Positions 19,814-29,613 of a DNA stretch of 64,000 bases are shown piece after piece (the first letter of the stretch is position 1; every line of letters starts with the position of its first letter). The translations under genes were made by a program, and so were the position numbers. Under the pieces are notes generated by a model. The model was not told the DNA's origin. It made no database searches and saw only the letters and a program-made list of their open reading frames with translations. This DNA is from an uncultured bacterium (GTDB lineage: Bacteria > Acidobacteriota > Thermoanaerobaculia > Multivoradales > JAHZIX01): assembly GCA_965368975.1 (NCBI GenBank), contig CBDUPA010000003.1, positions 352,001 through 416,000 of the forward strand, written 5' to 3'.

Positions 19814-20125
19814 TCAGTTCTCGGTCGGCGGAGGAGTGACCTCTTCTGTGGCCTCTTCTGCGGCCTCTTCGACTGCCTCGGTCGCATCGTCCACCGCATC
19901 TTCGACTGCCTCAGCGGCGTCATCGAGCGCTTCCTCGGTCGCCTCGGCCGCATCTTCGACCGCATCGCCCGCCGCTTCGGCAGCGTCTTCGACCGCCTCG
20001 GTCGCGTTGTCGACGGCTTCTTCGACCTGTTCGCCCGCGGTCTTCTCTTCGCTCTGACAGCCAGTCAGGCCCACGAAGCTGAACAACAATGCGACGGTCA
20101 CCATCGAGAGGATGTACTTGTACAT
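19814..20125 (-). CDS. Small acidic lipoprotein with 11-residue repeats
   Basis: AAGGAG RBS, MYKYILSMVTVALLFSFVGLTGC lipobox, then Ala/Glu/Asp 11-mers. Confidence 0.85.
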   Translation of the reverse strand: MYKYILSMVTVALLFSFVGLTGCQSEEKTAGEQVEEAVDNATEAVEDAAEAAGDAVEDAAEATEEALDDAAEAVEDAVDDATEAVEEAAEEATEEVTPPPTEN

Positions 20126-20215
20126 GGTTTTCTCCTTGTTTTGCAGGGTGAGTTGGCGCATGCTAGCAGGTTTCCCTGGGACGCGGGAACTGGGTAACGG
20201 GCGGTCCAGGGAAGA

Positions 20216-20887
20216 TTATTGGCAGTCTGCATCCGTGGCGGCGAGGGTGGCGATGGCGACCCACTGCTGGTCCCAGTTGCCGAGCGGCGGCAAACGGTCG
20301 CGTGATGGATGTAGACGGTGGAAGCTCGTGATGCCGGCTCGCTTGCCGCTGCTGCGGCCGTGGAACAGGTCGTAGGTCAGGTTGCCTTCGACCTCGTAGA
20401 CGTCAGTCACTACGCCAACGTGCTGGATGCCGCCTGGATTCTTCAGCAGGTCGTCGAGGTCGAAGCGGCGGTAGGTCTTGCCCTGCGTGCCGTAGAACAT
20501 CACGGCTCCCGGCCGGATGTGTTCTTGCTCGGCGACGGCATCGTGAATCAGGGTGAGGCGGCCCTGCTGGTGGTACCAGTAGGCCAGGTCTCGGGTGCTG
20601 CGGTAGGGATCGACGGGCGGCCGGTCGACGCCAGGGCAGCTCTGTTCGAGGGCGCCGAGGAAACGGTGGAAGATGCCCGAGCAATCTGTCAGCTCGGCGC
20701 TGTTGTAGAGCCATCGCCGAGCTTCGATGTCGAGCGCCACACGTCGAACCTGGGTGCACAGCGAGCTACTTCCACAGCTGGTGTCGAAGCTGGTGCTCTG
20801 CGACGTGGCGTCCGAGTCGATCCCCAGGACGTGGACGATCACCAGGAGACTCACGAGAGCGGCGATGAGAAGGCGGAACCTGTACAT
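20216..20887 (-). CDS. Secreted NlpC/P60-like cysteine peptidase
   Basis: N-terminal hydrophobic signal. Catalytic-type motifs DCSGIF, PGAVMFY, HVGVV and LFHG. Confidence 0.72.
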   Translation of the reverse strand: MYRFRLLIAALVSLLVIVHVLGIDSDATSQSTSFDTSCGSSSLCTQVRRVALDIEARRWLYNSAELTDCSGIFHRFLGALEQSCPGVDRPPVDPYRSTRDLAYWYHQQGRLTLIHDAVAEQEHIRPGAVMFYGTQGKTYRRFDLDDLLKNPGGIQHVGVVTDVYEVEGNLTYDLFHGRSSGKRAGITSFHRLHPSRDRLPPLGNWDQQWVAIATLAATDADCQ

Positions 20888-21061
20888 GTAGTACCCAACA
20901 GTCTATCGCGTTCGTTCCTGGACGTGCGATGAGGGAATGAGCTGAACTCTCAGGATGTTCCTGCGTACATCAATGCCGAATCGCCCCCTACGCTCACGGT
21001 AGCAGTTACCGAGAGTGCCGGAGGCACCTACATCTCCATCTCCAATTCTGAGGAGGAAGCT

Positions 21062-21207
21062 ATGAAGAAGCAACCAAGAAGAAGCTGACGTTGCACCGTG
21101 AGACCCTGAACGATCTGCAGATCCGTCAGGCTCGGGGTGGCGTCCAGGACTTCCAGTTCACCGAGCCGCCGATTTCTGGCTGTGCCGGCACGGAACTCTG
21201 CTACTAG
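21062..21207 (+). pseudogene. Lanthipeptide-like RiPP precursor with a 1-nt frameshift after codon 3-4 (real or sequencing error)
   Basis: AGGAGG RBS at 21051-21056, then ATG-AAG-AAG-CA. The shifted frame reads TKKKLTLHRETLNDLQIRQARGG-VQDFQFTEPPISGCAGTELCY*. A hairpin follows the stop. Confidence 0.65.
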
Positions 21208-21218
21208 AACGAACCTCC

Positions 21219-21267
21219 GCAACCGCGGTCCCTGGTGTCGCGAGCCGGGGCTGCGGTTGTTGCTTGT
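21219..21267. terminator. Stem-loop between the convergent RiPP-like ORF and icmF
   Basis: GCAACCGCGGTCCCTGG ... CCGGGGCTGCGGTTGT followed by TGCTTGT. Confidence 0.6.
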
Positions 21268-21288
21268 CGAGTCGGCTTTCCCGTCGCT

Positions 21289-24200
21289 TCACAAGTTGCG
21301 GCGATACTCGCCGCCGACCTCGTACAAGGCTCCCGTGATCTGACCCAGAGAGCAGCTGTTCACCGCCTCCATCAGCGCTGCGAAGAGGTTGCTGCCGCTC
21401 AAGGCCGCGTCCTGCAGCCGCTGCAACGCCGCTGGTGCCTTGTCTGCATGACGCGTCTGGAAATCCTCCAGGCGACGGATGCACTCCTTCTTCTCTTCGT
21501 CGGTCGCCCGCGACAGTTCAATCTCGCCTTGTTCGGACGCTTCTTCCGTCGTCTTGGGCAAGAAGGTGTTGACGCCGATCACGGGTAGCTCGCCACTGTG
21601 CTTCAGGTGCTCGTACTTCATCGAGTCTTCCTGGATGGTGCCGCGCTGGTACTGCAGCTCCATGGCGCCCAGCACCCCGCCGCGCTCGGTGAGTCGATCG
21701 AACTCGGCCAGCACGGCTTCCTCGACCAGGTCGGTGAGTTCTTCGATCACGAAGCTGCCCTGCGTAGCGTTCTCGCAGAAGGTCAGGCCGAATTCTTTGT
21801 TGATGATCAGCTGGATCGCCATGGCGCGACGAACCGACTCTTCCGTCGGCGTCGTGATCGCCTCGTCATAGGCATTGGTGTGCAGGCTCTGGGCGTTGTC
21901 GAAGGTGGCGAGCAGGGCCTGCAAGGTGGTGCGGATGTCGTTGAACTGAATCTCCATGGCGTGCAGACTGCGACCACTGGTTTGGATGTGGTACTTCAGT
22001 TTCTGGGCACGTTCGGAAGCGCCGTAGAGGCGATCCAGGGCTACCGCCCAGACGCGCCGGGCGACCCTGCCGATAACGCTGTACTCGGTGTCCATGCCGT
22101 TGGAGAAGAAGAAGCTGAGATTGGGTGCGAAGCGGTCGACATCCATGCCCCGGGAGCGGTAGTACTCGACGTAGGTGAAACCGTTGGCCAGCGTGTAAGC
22201 GAGCTGATGGATCGGGTTCGCGCCAGCCTCCGCGATGTGGTAGCCGCTGATCGAGACGCTGTAGAAGTTGCGGACGTTGTGGTCGATGAAGTACGCCTGC
22301 ACGTCGCCCATCATGCGCAGCGCGAACTCGGTGGAGAAGATGCAGGTGTTCTGCCCCTGGTCTTCCTTCAAGATGTCGGCCTGGACGGTGCCGCGGACTC
22401 TCGCCAGCGTCTCGCCCTGGATGCGTGCGTATTCCGCGTCGCTGAGCAGGGCGCGGACGTCGTCCCAAGTGGCGCCGCGCAGGGCATCGGGCTGCAGCTC
22501 TTCGGCCTCGCTGATGTCCAGCCGGCCCTCGGCGCGCAGGAAACGGCGGCACTGCTGGCGCACGGCGGTATTGAAGAAGAAGGCCAAGATGGTGGGGGCC
22601 GGGCCGTTGATGGTCATGCTCACCGAGGTGGTGGGGTCGCACAGGTCGAAGCCGGCGTACAGCCGCTCGGCCTCCTCGACGGTGAACACCGCGACGCCGC
22701 TCTCGCCGATCTTGCCGTAGATGTCGGGCCGCAGGTGCGGGTCCTCACCGTAGAGCGTGATCGAATCGAAGGCGGTCGACAAGCGCGCCGCCGGCTGGCC
22801 GTTGGCGAGCAGGTGGAAGCGGCGGTTGGTGCGCTCGGACGGCCCCTCTCCGGCGAACATGCGCGTCGGGTCTTCGGCCTGACGCTTGAACGGGAAGACT
22901 CCACTGGTAAAGGGATACTCTCCTGGCACGTTCTCGGTCAGACGCCAGTACAGGCGATCGCCCCAGCCGGAGAAGCGTGGGCGCGCGACCTTGGGGATGC
23001 GACTGTCGGAAAGCGTCGTGCGGTAGTTGGCGACCCGGACTTCCTTGCCGCGCACGTGGTACACGAATTCGTCGCCCCGGTACTGCGCGTCCCAGGCGTC
23101 CCAACCGCGCAGCAACTCGAGGCAGCGCGGTTCCAGCGCCTGCAATTGGGTGTTGTAGGCGTCCATCAAGTCGGCTGCCCCTGTCTTACCGGCGTTCGTC
23201 GCGGCCTGAATCTCGTTGGCGGAGAAGCCGGTCAGCACCGATCGTCCCGTACCAGCCGCCAGCGAGCTGGTGCCATCGCCGAGCAGAAAGGCGATAGAGC
23301 GTTCGAGGGCGTCCAGGTCGGCAGCGACTTCGGCTTGCGCTCGCGCCCACGTCCGGTACTGGCGGCAGGCATCTGAGATCTCGCTCAGATAGCGTTCCCG
23401 GCCAGCTGGGATGATGTGCTGACTCGTGTCGGTGACGCGCCCCGTCCCGGCCTCGTAGTGTGACGTCCAGCCAAGGTCGAAGCGTTCGTTCAAGGCGCCC
23501 ACCAGGTGTCCATAGAGCGCGTTGACCCCGCTGTCGTTGAAGTGCGCGGCGCTGGTGCCGAAGACCGGCAGCGACTCCAACGGCTGGCTCCACAGCTCGC
23601 GGTTGCGCTGGACTTGCTTGCGCACCTGGCGCAAGGCGTCCTCGCTGCCGCGGCGGGTGAACTTGTTGATCGCCACGAAGTCGGCGTAGTCGAGCATCTC
23701 GATCTTTTCCAGCTGCGTCGGAGCGCCGAACTCGCTGGTCATGACGTAGAGAGACAGGTCCGAGACTTCGATGATCGCATTGTCGCCCTGCCCGATACCG
23801 GCGGTCTCGACGAAGACGAGGTCGAAGTCGTCCTGCGCGACGACATCGACTACGGGCGCCAGCGCCGCCGAGACCTCGCCGCGGGCTCCGCGCGTGGCGA
23901 GCGAGCGCATGTAGACGCGGGGGTTCTTGAGACTGTTGAAACGGATGCGATCGCCAAGCAGCGCACCGCCGGTGCGTCGGCGTGTTGGATCGACGCAGAC
24001 GATGGCGACTTTCTTGTCCGGGAAATCGTGGACGAAGCGACGTACCAGCTCGTCCGTCAAGCTGCTCTTGCCAGCGCCGCCGGTACCGGTGAGGCCGATG
24101 ATCGGTGCGCGCTTTCCCTTGGCTGTACCTTCAGCGGTGGCAGACGCGGCAGTACCGTTTTCAGCTGCATACTCCGCCGCGGTGACGCGCCGGGCCAGCG

Positions 24201-24729
24201 GCAGGAAGGTCTGTGGACCGCCGTTGACCGACACGGGCAGAGCTGCCAGGTCGTAGTCGCAGCCTTCGAGCACCATGTTGATCATGCCCTGCAGGCCCAT
24301 CTGCCGACCGTCGTCGGGCGAGAAGACCCGATCGATGCCGCTCGCGTGCAGTTGCTCGATCTCGCGCGGTACGATCACGCCCCCGCCTCCGCCGAAGATT
24401 TTGACGTGCTGGGCGCCACATTCGTCGAGCATCTGACGCATGTAGGTGAAGTACTCCATGTGCCCGCCCTGGTAACTGGTCAGCGCGATGCCCTGTGCGT
24501 CTTCTTGCAGCGCAGCCTGCACGACTTCCTCTACTGAGCGGTTGTGCCCCAGGTGGATGACCTCGGCACCGCTGGCCTGCAAGATACGGCGCATGATGTT
24601 GATCGAGGCGTCGTGGCCGTCGAACAGCGCGGCCGAAGTGATGATCCGCACTGGGTTGCGCGGCTGGTAGGGTTCGGTGGAGGAGGGTTGACGGGCAGCT
24701 TGCGCAGTGGGAGAGCTGGTCGTGGTCAT
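21289..24729 (-). CDS. icmF: Fused isobutyryl-CoA mutase/GTPase IcmF
   Basis: N-terminal B12-binding domain FDGHDAS, MeaB-like GTPase GTGGAGKSS/ETAGIGQ, and TIM barrel with RMFAGEG (Phe specificity residue). Start at ATG 24729. Confidence 0.95.
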   Translation of the reverse strand: MTTTSSPTAQAARQPSSTEPYQPRNPVRIITSAALFDGHDASINIMRRILQASGAEVIHLGHNRSVEEVVQAALQEDAQGIALTSYQGGHMEYFTYMRQMLDECGAQHVKIFGGGGGVIVPREIEQLHASGIDRVFSPDDGRQMGLQGMINMVLEGCDYDLAALPVSVNGGPQTFLPLARRVTAAEYAAENGTAASATAEGTAKGKRAPIIGLTGTGGAGKSSLTDELVRRFVHDFPDKKVAIVCVDPTRRRTGGALLGDRIRFNSLKNPRVYMRSLATRGARGEVSAALAPVVDVVAQDDFDLVFVETAGIGQGDNAIIEVSDLSLYVMTSEFGAPTQLEKIEMLDYADFVAINKFTRRGSEDALRQVRKQVQRNRELWSQPLESLPVFGTSAAHFNDSGVNALYGHLVGALNERFDLGWTSHYEAGTGRVTDTSQHIIPAGRERYLSEISDACRQYRTWARAQAEVAADLDALERSIAFLLGDGTSSLAAGTGRSVLTGFSANEIQAATNAGKTGAADLMDAYNTQLQALEPRCLELLRGWDAWDAQYRGDEFVYHVRGKEVRVANYRTTLSDSRIPKVARPRFSGWGDRLYWRLTENVPGEYPFTSGVFPFKRQAEDPTRMFAGEGPSERTNRRFHLLANGQPAARLSTAFDSITLYGEDPHLRPDIYGKIGESGVAVFTVEEAERLYAGFDLCDPTTSVSMTINGPAPTILAFFFNTAVRQQCRRFLRAEGRLDISEAEELQPDALRGATWDDVRALLSDAEYARIQGETLARVRGTVQADILKEDQGQNTCIFSTEFALRMMGDVQAYFIDHNVRNFYSVSISGYHIAEAGANPIHQLAYTLANGFTYVEYYRSRGMDVDRFAPNLSFFFSNGMDTEYSVIGRVARRVWAVALDRLYGASERAQKLKYHIQTSGRSLHAMEIQFNDIRTTLQALLATFDNAQSLHTNAYDEAITTPTEESVRRAMAIQLIINKEFGLTFCENATQGSFVIEELTDLVEEAVLAEFDRLTERGGVLGAMELQYQRGTIQEDSMKYEHLKHSGELPVIGVNTFLPKTTEEASEQGEIELSRATDEEKKECIRRLEDFQTRHADKAPAALQRLQDAALSGSNLFAALMEAVNSCSLGQITGALYEVGGEYRRNL

Positions 24730-24884
24730 GGAGTTTCGGGCCTCGAATGGTGGGTTCGGTCGCGATGACCGCGAAGGTTCAACCGGGACCCCTCCGGCCG
24801 TCGTGGCAGAGAGTTCGCAGCGGGTCGGTTTCTTGTGAGTTCGAGCAATCGCTGCCCGGGACTGGAATGCCGGGCGGGAACGCC

Positions 24885-24890
24885 TATAAT
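24885..24890 (+). promoter_or_regulatory. Putative sigma70 -10 box in the divergent icmF / response regulator intergenic region
   Basis: Perfect TATAAT in a GC-rich context about 110 bp upstream of the ATG at 25000. No convincing -35. Confidence 0.4.
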
Positions 24891-24999
24891 ATACGGCGGT
24901 TCGCAAGGCAGAGATCGAAGGCGGAAATCGAGTCTGAACTCCAGCCGCTGACGAACCCCAATCTATCGAGTTCTACGCACCGAGTTCCAAGGGGACCCT

Positions 25000-26628
25000 A
25001 TGAGCAAGACAATCCTGCTGGCCGACGACAGCGTCACGATACAGAAGGTCATCGAGCTGACCTTCATGGACCAGAACTACGAGGTGGTACCGGTCAGTAG
25101 CGGTGACGACGCACTGGCCCGACTCGGTGAGATGACGCCGGACCTGGTCATCGCCGACGTGCACATGCCAGGGGCCACCGGCTACGAGGTGGCGCGCCAG
25201 AGCAAGGCGAGGCTGCCGGGTGTCCCTGTACTGCTGCTCGTCGGCACCTTCGAGGAGTTCGACGACGCGGAATACGGTGCTTGTGGTGCTGACGACTACC
25301 TGAAGAAGCCATTCGATTCGCAGGAACTGCTGCGACTGGTCGAGCAGCTGAGCGGCGGAGCCACCGCACCCGCACCGGAGCAGGCCCCCTTGGCCGCGCC
25401 GGTCGCTGAGGCTGCAGCGCCGCCCCCACCGCCGCCACCGGCGATCGATCCGCTGCCGCCGCTGGACGACGACTTGAGCGGTTTCAGCCTCGACGACGAC
25501 CCGATGGACAGCTCGTCTCTGGTGATGCCGCCCGAAGACATGACAGCGGCTCGCGCCGCCGAGGCTCCGACTCCCGAAACGGGGGGGGCCGAAGCTGCAG
25601 TCCCTGAGGATCCCTTCCTGCAGGTCGAAGAACTACCCGCTCCGTCGGTTCCCGCACCCACCGCCCCGTCGATGGTCGAAGCCGCTGGCAGCCCAGCGCT
25701 GAGTGTCGACCTGACCGAAGGTGACGGCTCGTCGCAGGTGCAGCCGCCAGCCGATGTGCCGGAACCTGCCGTGGCCTCGAGTGTCGAGGCGATCGCGTTC
25801 GAGGAGCCGACGCTCGAAGAGCTGGCCGAACCAGTTGTCGAGATGGATCCGGCCGCACCGGCGCCCTCCAGCGTCGAGGCCATCCCCTTCGATCCTGATG
25901 AAACAGGCTCCTTGCTCCCGACAGTTACAGCGGCGGAACAGCAGGCTGAAGTTGCGGCCAGCGAGGACGCCTTGACCTTCGAAGACGACGCCTATTCGTT
26001 CGAGCCGCCGGAGGGCCTAACGCGCGGCGATGTTGGCGCTGTAGCAGAGGCCGAGGCGGCCGAGGTGGAAGCCTCGCCGGAAGCCAAGACCCCAGCCTTT
26101 GAGGTGCCGCACGTCGAGTTGCCGGCGATGACGTTGCCCACCTCGGGACGGCTCGAGGATGTCGAGGTTGCCGCCGACGTCGTAGAGGACGTGTTCGCCG
26201 ACGAGCCTGCCGAGATGGAAGTGTCGCCGGCCGCTCCGGTACCGGCTGAGGTCGAGGTGGCCCCGGAGCCTGCTCCAGCCGAGATCTCAGCGGCTGAACC
26301 CTCTGCCGAGGAAGAGCGCGCTACCGAGGCTAAATCCGTTGCTGAGGCTGAACCCGTTGCTGAGGCTGAACCCGTTGCTGAGGTTGAACCCGTTGCTGCG
26401 GAGGCCGTGACAGAGGAACCTGCTGCCGCGGCAAGCTCTTCGACGGGTACTGGCGCTGCGGGCGGCAACGGTCAGCTCTCCGACGGCGATGTCGACCGAA
26501 TTGCTCGCCGCGTCGTCGAGCTGATGGGCGAGAAGATGGCCCGCGAGCTGGCCTGGGAGATCATTCCTGACCTTGCCGAGGTGGTGATCAAGGATCGCCT
26601 GCGCGAGCTGGAGAATCAGCTGGCGTGA
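25000..26628 (+). CDS. RomR-like response regulator (receiver domain, long Pro/Ala/Glu linker, conserved C-terminal helix)
   Basis: LLADDS..DVHMPG..KKPF receiver domain. C-terminal DRIARRVV..ELAWEIIPDLAEVVIK resembles the RomR C-terminal WEVVP motif. Lies upstream of valS. Confidence 0.8.
   Translation: MSKTILLADDSVTIQKVIELTFMDQNYEVVPVSSGDDALARLGEMTPDLVIADVHMPGATGYEVARQSKARLPGVPVLLLVGTFEEFDDAEYGACGADDYLKKPFDSQELLRLVEQLSGGATAPAPEQAPLAAPVAEAAAPPPPPPPAIDPLPPLDDDLSGFSLDDDPMDSSSLVMPPEDMTAARAAEAPTPETGGAEAAVPEDPFLQVEELPAPSVPAPTAPSMVEAAGSPALSVDLTEGDGSSQVQPPADVPEPAVASSVEAIAFEEPTLEELAEPVVEMDPAAPAPSSVEAIPFDPDETGSLLPTVTAAEQQAEVAASEDALTFEDDAYSFEPPEGLTRGDVGAVAEAEAAEVEASPEAKTPAFEVPHVELPAMTLPTSGRLEDVEVAADVVEDVFADEPAEMEVSPAAPVPAEVEVAPEPAPAEISAAEPSAEEERATEAKSVAEAEPVAEAEPVAEVEPVAAEAVTEEPAAAASSSTGTGAAGGNGQLSDGDVDRIARRVVELMGEKMARELAWEIIPDLAEVVIKDRLRELENQLA
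26326..26397. repeat. In-frame 18-bp tandem repeat x4
   Basis: GAGGCTGAACCCGTTGCT units encoding EAEPVA. Confidence 0.9.
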
Positions 26629-26912
26629 AGCGACCTGCTTACCCTCCAGGAAACGCGCCGGTCTTCGGGCCGGCGCTGCAGGACTCAACTCTTCGCAGTC
26701 TCGTTGCAGAGTTTTTCTCCCTCTGCCCTTTGTCTCACACTCCGTCGACTCTCTAAACCCTACGCCCATGCCTGGGTAGGACCGCCAACCTCGGCGTCCG
26801 AGGGCCTGGCTCCATGGGAGCAGGTCTGTCCCGTACCTGGACCTCATTTCGTCCCTCGACTCGACCCAACACCTGAAAACTCGCAACTTCCTCGATGAGA
26901 TAGGCCGCCAGT

Positions 26913-29582
26913 ATGGGAAACAACGCCGCGATGGACAAACACTTCGATCCTGCCAGCTACGAGCGGAAGTGGCAGAAGTACTGGGTCGACAACGAGCTGT
27001 ACACGTGTCCCGAGACCTCCGACCGGCCGGGCTTCTGCATCATGATCCCGCCGCCCAACGTCACCGGCACGCTACACCTCGGGCATGCGCTGCAGAGCGC
27101 GCTGCAGGATCTGCTGGTGCGCTGGCGCCGCATGCAGGGATACAACGCCTTGTGGTTGCCCGGTACCGATCACGCAGGGATCGCGACACAGCTGATGGTC
27201 GAACGTCAGCTGAAGACGGAAGGGACCAGCCGGCAGGAAGTCGGCCGCGACGCGTTCGTAGAGCGCGTCTGGGAATGGAAGCACGAGCATCACGGGCACA
27301 TCCGCAACCAGTTGGAGCTACTCGGTACTAGCTGCGACTGGACGCGCGAGCGCTTCACCATGGACGAGGGGCTCTGCCGCGCCGTGCGCGAGGCCTTCGT
27401 GCGTTACTACCGCGAGGGCAAGCTCTACCGCGGTGAGTACTTGGTGAACTGGTCGCCGCAGCTGCAGACCGCCGTCTCGGACCTCGAAGTCGAGATGAAG
27501 GAGGTGCAGGGTAAGCTGTACCATGTGGCCTACCCGATCGAGGGTTCAGACGAGCGCATCGTCGTAGCAACCACGCGTCCCGAGACGATGCTCGGCGACA
27601 CCGGCATCGCGCTGCATCCGGAGGACGAGCGCTACCAGCACCTGCTGGACAAGCACGCTGTGCTGCCGTTGGTCGGACGTAAGCTGCGATTCATTGCCGA
27701 CGACGTGGTCGATCCCGAGTTCGGCACCGGTCTGGTCAAGGTGACGCCATTCCACGATCCGAACGACTTCGAGATGGGGCAGCGCCACGGCTTGGAGCGT
27801 GTGCAGGTGATCGGGCTCGATGGTCACATGACCGAGGCGGCAGGGGAGTTTGCCGGCCTCGACCGCTTCGAAGCGCGCAAGCAGGTGGTCGAGGCGCTGC
27901 GCGATCAGGGCTATCTGGTCAAGGTCGAAGACCATGTGCACAACGTCGGCCATAGTCAGCGCGGTGGTGAGCCGATCGAGCCGCTAGTGTCGACGCAGTG
28001 GTTCTGTGACGTCTCCGAACCGTCGAAGCTGGCCCTGGAGGCGGTACAGAAGGGGGACTTGCAGCTGGTGCCGGCGACCCACGCCAAGACTTGGGAGCAC
28101 TGGCTGTCCAACATTCGGCCTTGGTGCGTATCGCGCCAGCTGTGGTGGGGGCACCGCATTCCCGCCTGGTACAACGAAGACGGCGATATCTTCGTGGCGC
28201 ACAGCTTCGAGGAAGCTGCCGAGCAGGCCGGCACCGATCAACTGACGCAAGATCCAGACGTGCTCGACACCTGGTTCTCGTCAGCGCTGTGGCCGTTCTC
28301 GACCTTGGGTTGGCCGGACGACACGCCGGACATGCAATCGTTCTACCCCACCGACGTGCTGATCACCGGTCACGACATTCTCTTCTTCTGGGTCGCCCGC
28401 ATGGTGTTCAGCGGTTACCAGTTCACCGGCAAGCTGCCGTTCCACAGCGTGCATCTGACCGGCCTGGTGCGCGCCGCCGACGGTCAGAAGATGTCGAAGA
28501 CCAAGGGCAACACCATCGATCCGCTCGAACTGGTGGACGAGCACGGCGCTGACGCGTTGCGCTTCACCTTGTCGATCCTCGACGTACCCGGGCGTGACAT
28601 TCCGCTGGACCCGGAACGCATGGCCGGCTACCGGGCGTTTTGCAACAAGATCTGGAACGCCACGCGCTTTGCCCTGTCGAAGATCGATAGTGCCAATGAT
28701 GACGACTCTAAGAGCACCGCCGAGATCGTCGTCGAGCCGGACGCCGCCTTCATCGGTGAACTGGCCGCGCCCGAGCGATGGATCCTCAGCCGGTTGTCGC
28801 GCGTCGCCGAAGAGGTCAGTGCTCGGCTGGAGGCCTTCCGCTTCGACGAAGCTTGCCAGGCGCTCTATCATTTCTTCTGGGGTGAGCTGTGCGACTGGTA
28901 CATCGAACTGTGCAAGCCGGCCCTCGGTGGTGAGGCCCCACGGCCGCACGTGGCGCAGGTTCTGCTGACCGTGCTCGACCGCAGCCTGCGCCTGCTGCAT
29001 CCGGTGATGCCACATCTGACCGAGGAACTGTGGCATCGCTTGCCGGGCTACAGCGCAATCGATGCGCGTAGCATCTCGCTGGCGCCGTACCCGAAGCGCG
29101 AAGAGAGCTGGGAAGATGCGGGTGTCGAGGCCAAGATGGCTGCTGTCCTGGAGGTCATCGGGCGGGCGCGCGCCATGCGTACTGAGCAGAATCTGCCCGC
29201 GTCGACCAAAGTGACGCTGCACGCCCAGGCCCAGGACGCTAACCTGGCCGATTTCCTGCATGAGCAGGCCGCACTGCTGCGCTTCTTGCTGCGCCTCGAA
29301 TCCCTGGAACTCACGCCCGCGCCGGAAGGAGCCGTGCGTGATCTGGTTGCCGGGGTCGAGATGGCTTTGGTCGCCGAGGTGCCAGAAATGACCGCTACCG
29401 AGCGCCAGCGGTTGGAAAAGGATGCCGCCAAGCTCGGTGAAGAGATCGAGAAGGCTGAAGCCCGCCTGAGCAACGAACACTTTTTGAGCAAGGCTCCTGC
29501 GCAAGTCGTCGAGAGCCAGCGTCAGCGACTGGACGAGATGAAGGAACGCCGCGAGCGTATCTTGACTAGCTTGGAGTCTTGA
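26913..29582 (+). CDS. valS: Valine--tRNA ligase
   Basis: [13 protein letters not shown] (HIGH), [19 protein letters not shown] and a C-terminal coiled coil. Confidence 0.98.
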   Translation: MGNNAAMDKHFDPASYERKWQKYWVDNELYTCPETSDRPGFCIMIPPPNVTGTLHLGHALQSALQDLLVRWRRMQGYNALWLPGTDHAGIATQLMVERQLKTEGTSRQEVGRDAFVERVWEWKHEHHGHIRNQLELLGTSCDWTRERFTMDEGLCRAVREAFVRYYREGKLYRGEYLVNWSPQLQTAVSDLEVEMKEVQGKLYHVAYPIEGSDERIVVATTRPETMLGDTGIALHPEDERYQHLLDKHAVLPLVGRKLRFIADDVVDPEFGTGLVKVTPFHDPNDFEMGQRHGLERVQVIGLDGHMTEAAGEFAGLDRFEARKQVVEALRDQGYLVKVEDHVHNVGHSQRGGEPIEPLVSTQWFCDVSEPSKLALEAVQKGDLQLVPATHAKTWEHWLSNIRPWCVSRQLWWGHRIPAWYNEDGDIFVAHSFEEAAEQAGTDQLTQDPDVLDTWFSSALWPFSTLGWPDDTPDMQSFYPTDVLITGHDILFFWVARMVFSGYQFTGKLPFHSVHLTGLVRAADGQKMSKTKGNTIDPLELVDEHGADALRFTLSILDVPGRDIPLDPERMAGYRAFCNKIWNATRFALSKIDSANDDDSKSTAEIVVEPDAAFIGELAAPERWILSRLSRVAEEVSARLEAFRFDEACQALYHFFWGELCDWYIELCKPALGGEAPRPHVAQVLLTVLDRSLRLLHPVMPHLTEELWHRLPGYSAIDARSISLAPYPKREESWEDAGVEAKMAAVLEVIGRARAMRTEQNLPASTKVTLHAQAQDANLADFLHEQAALLRFLLRLESLELTPAPEGAVRDLVAGVEMALVAEVPEMTATERQRLEKDAAKLGEEIEKAEARLSNEHFLSKAPAQVVESQRQRLDEMKERRERILTSLES

Positions 29583-29613
29583 GTCCCCGAGCAGGGACGA
29601 CGTAGCCGACATC

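Noticed and set aside
21028-21222. 64-aa minus-strand ORF over the RiPP-like region
   Set aside because: No RBS or recognisable features. The plus strand has the strong RBS, leader motif and terminator.
21598-23376. 592-aa + strand ORF, and similar long ORFs such as 1318-2574, 28281-29705, 54981-56582 and 59781-61166
   Set aside because: Antisense shadows of well-supported genes (icmF, acyl-CoA dehydrogenase, valS, pilY1, smc), expected from high-GC codon bias. They carry no motifs.
24730-24999. Possible cobalamin riboswitch upstream of B12-dependent icmF
   Set aside because: I could not find the conserved B12-box elements (GGGAA, GCCACTG, AGYCAGRAGACCTGCC) on the minus strand.
26629-26912. 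Possible T-box leader upstream of valS, including the UUCG hairpin at 26655-26676
   Set aside because: No T-box GGTGGNACCGCG motif. The hairpin is more simply a 3' stem-loop of the regulator gene.
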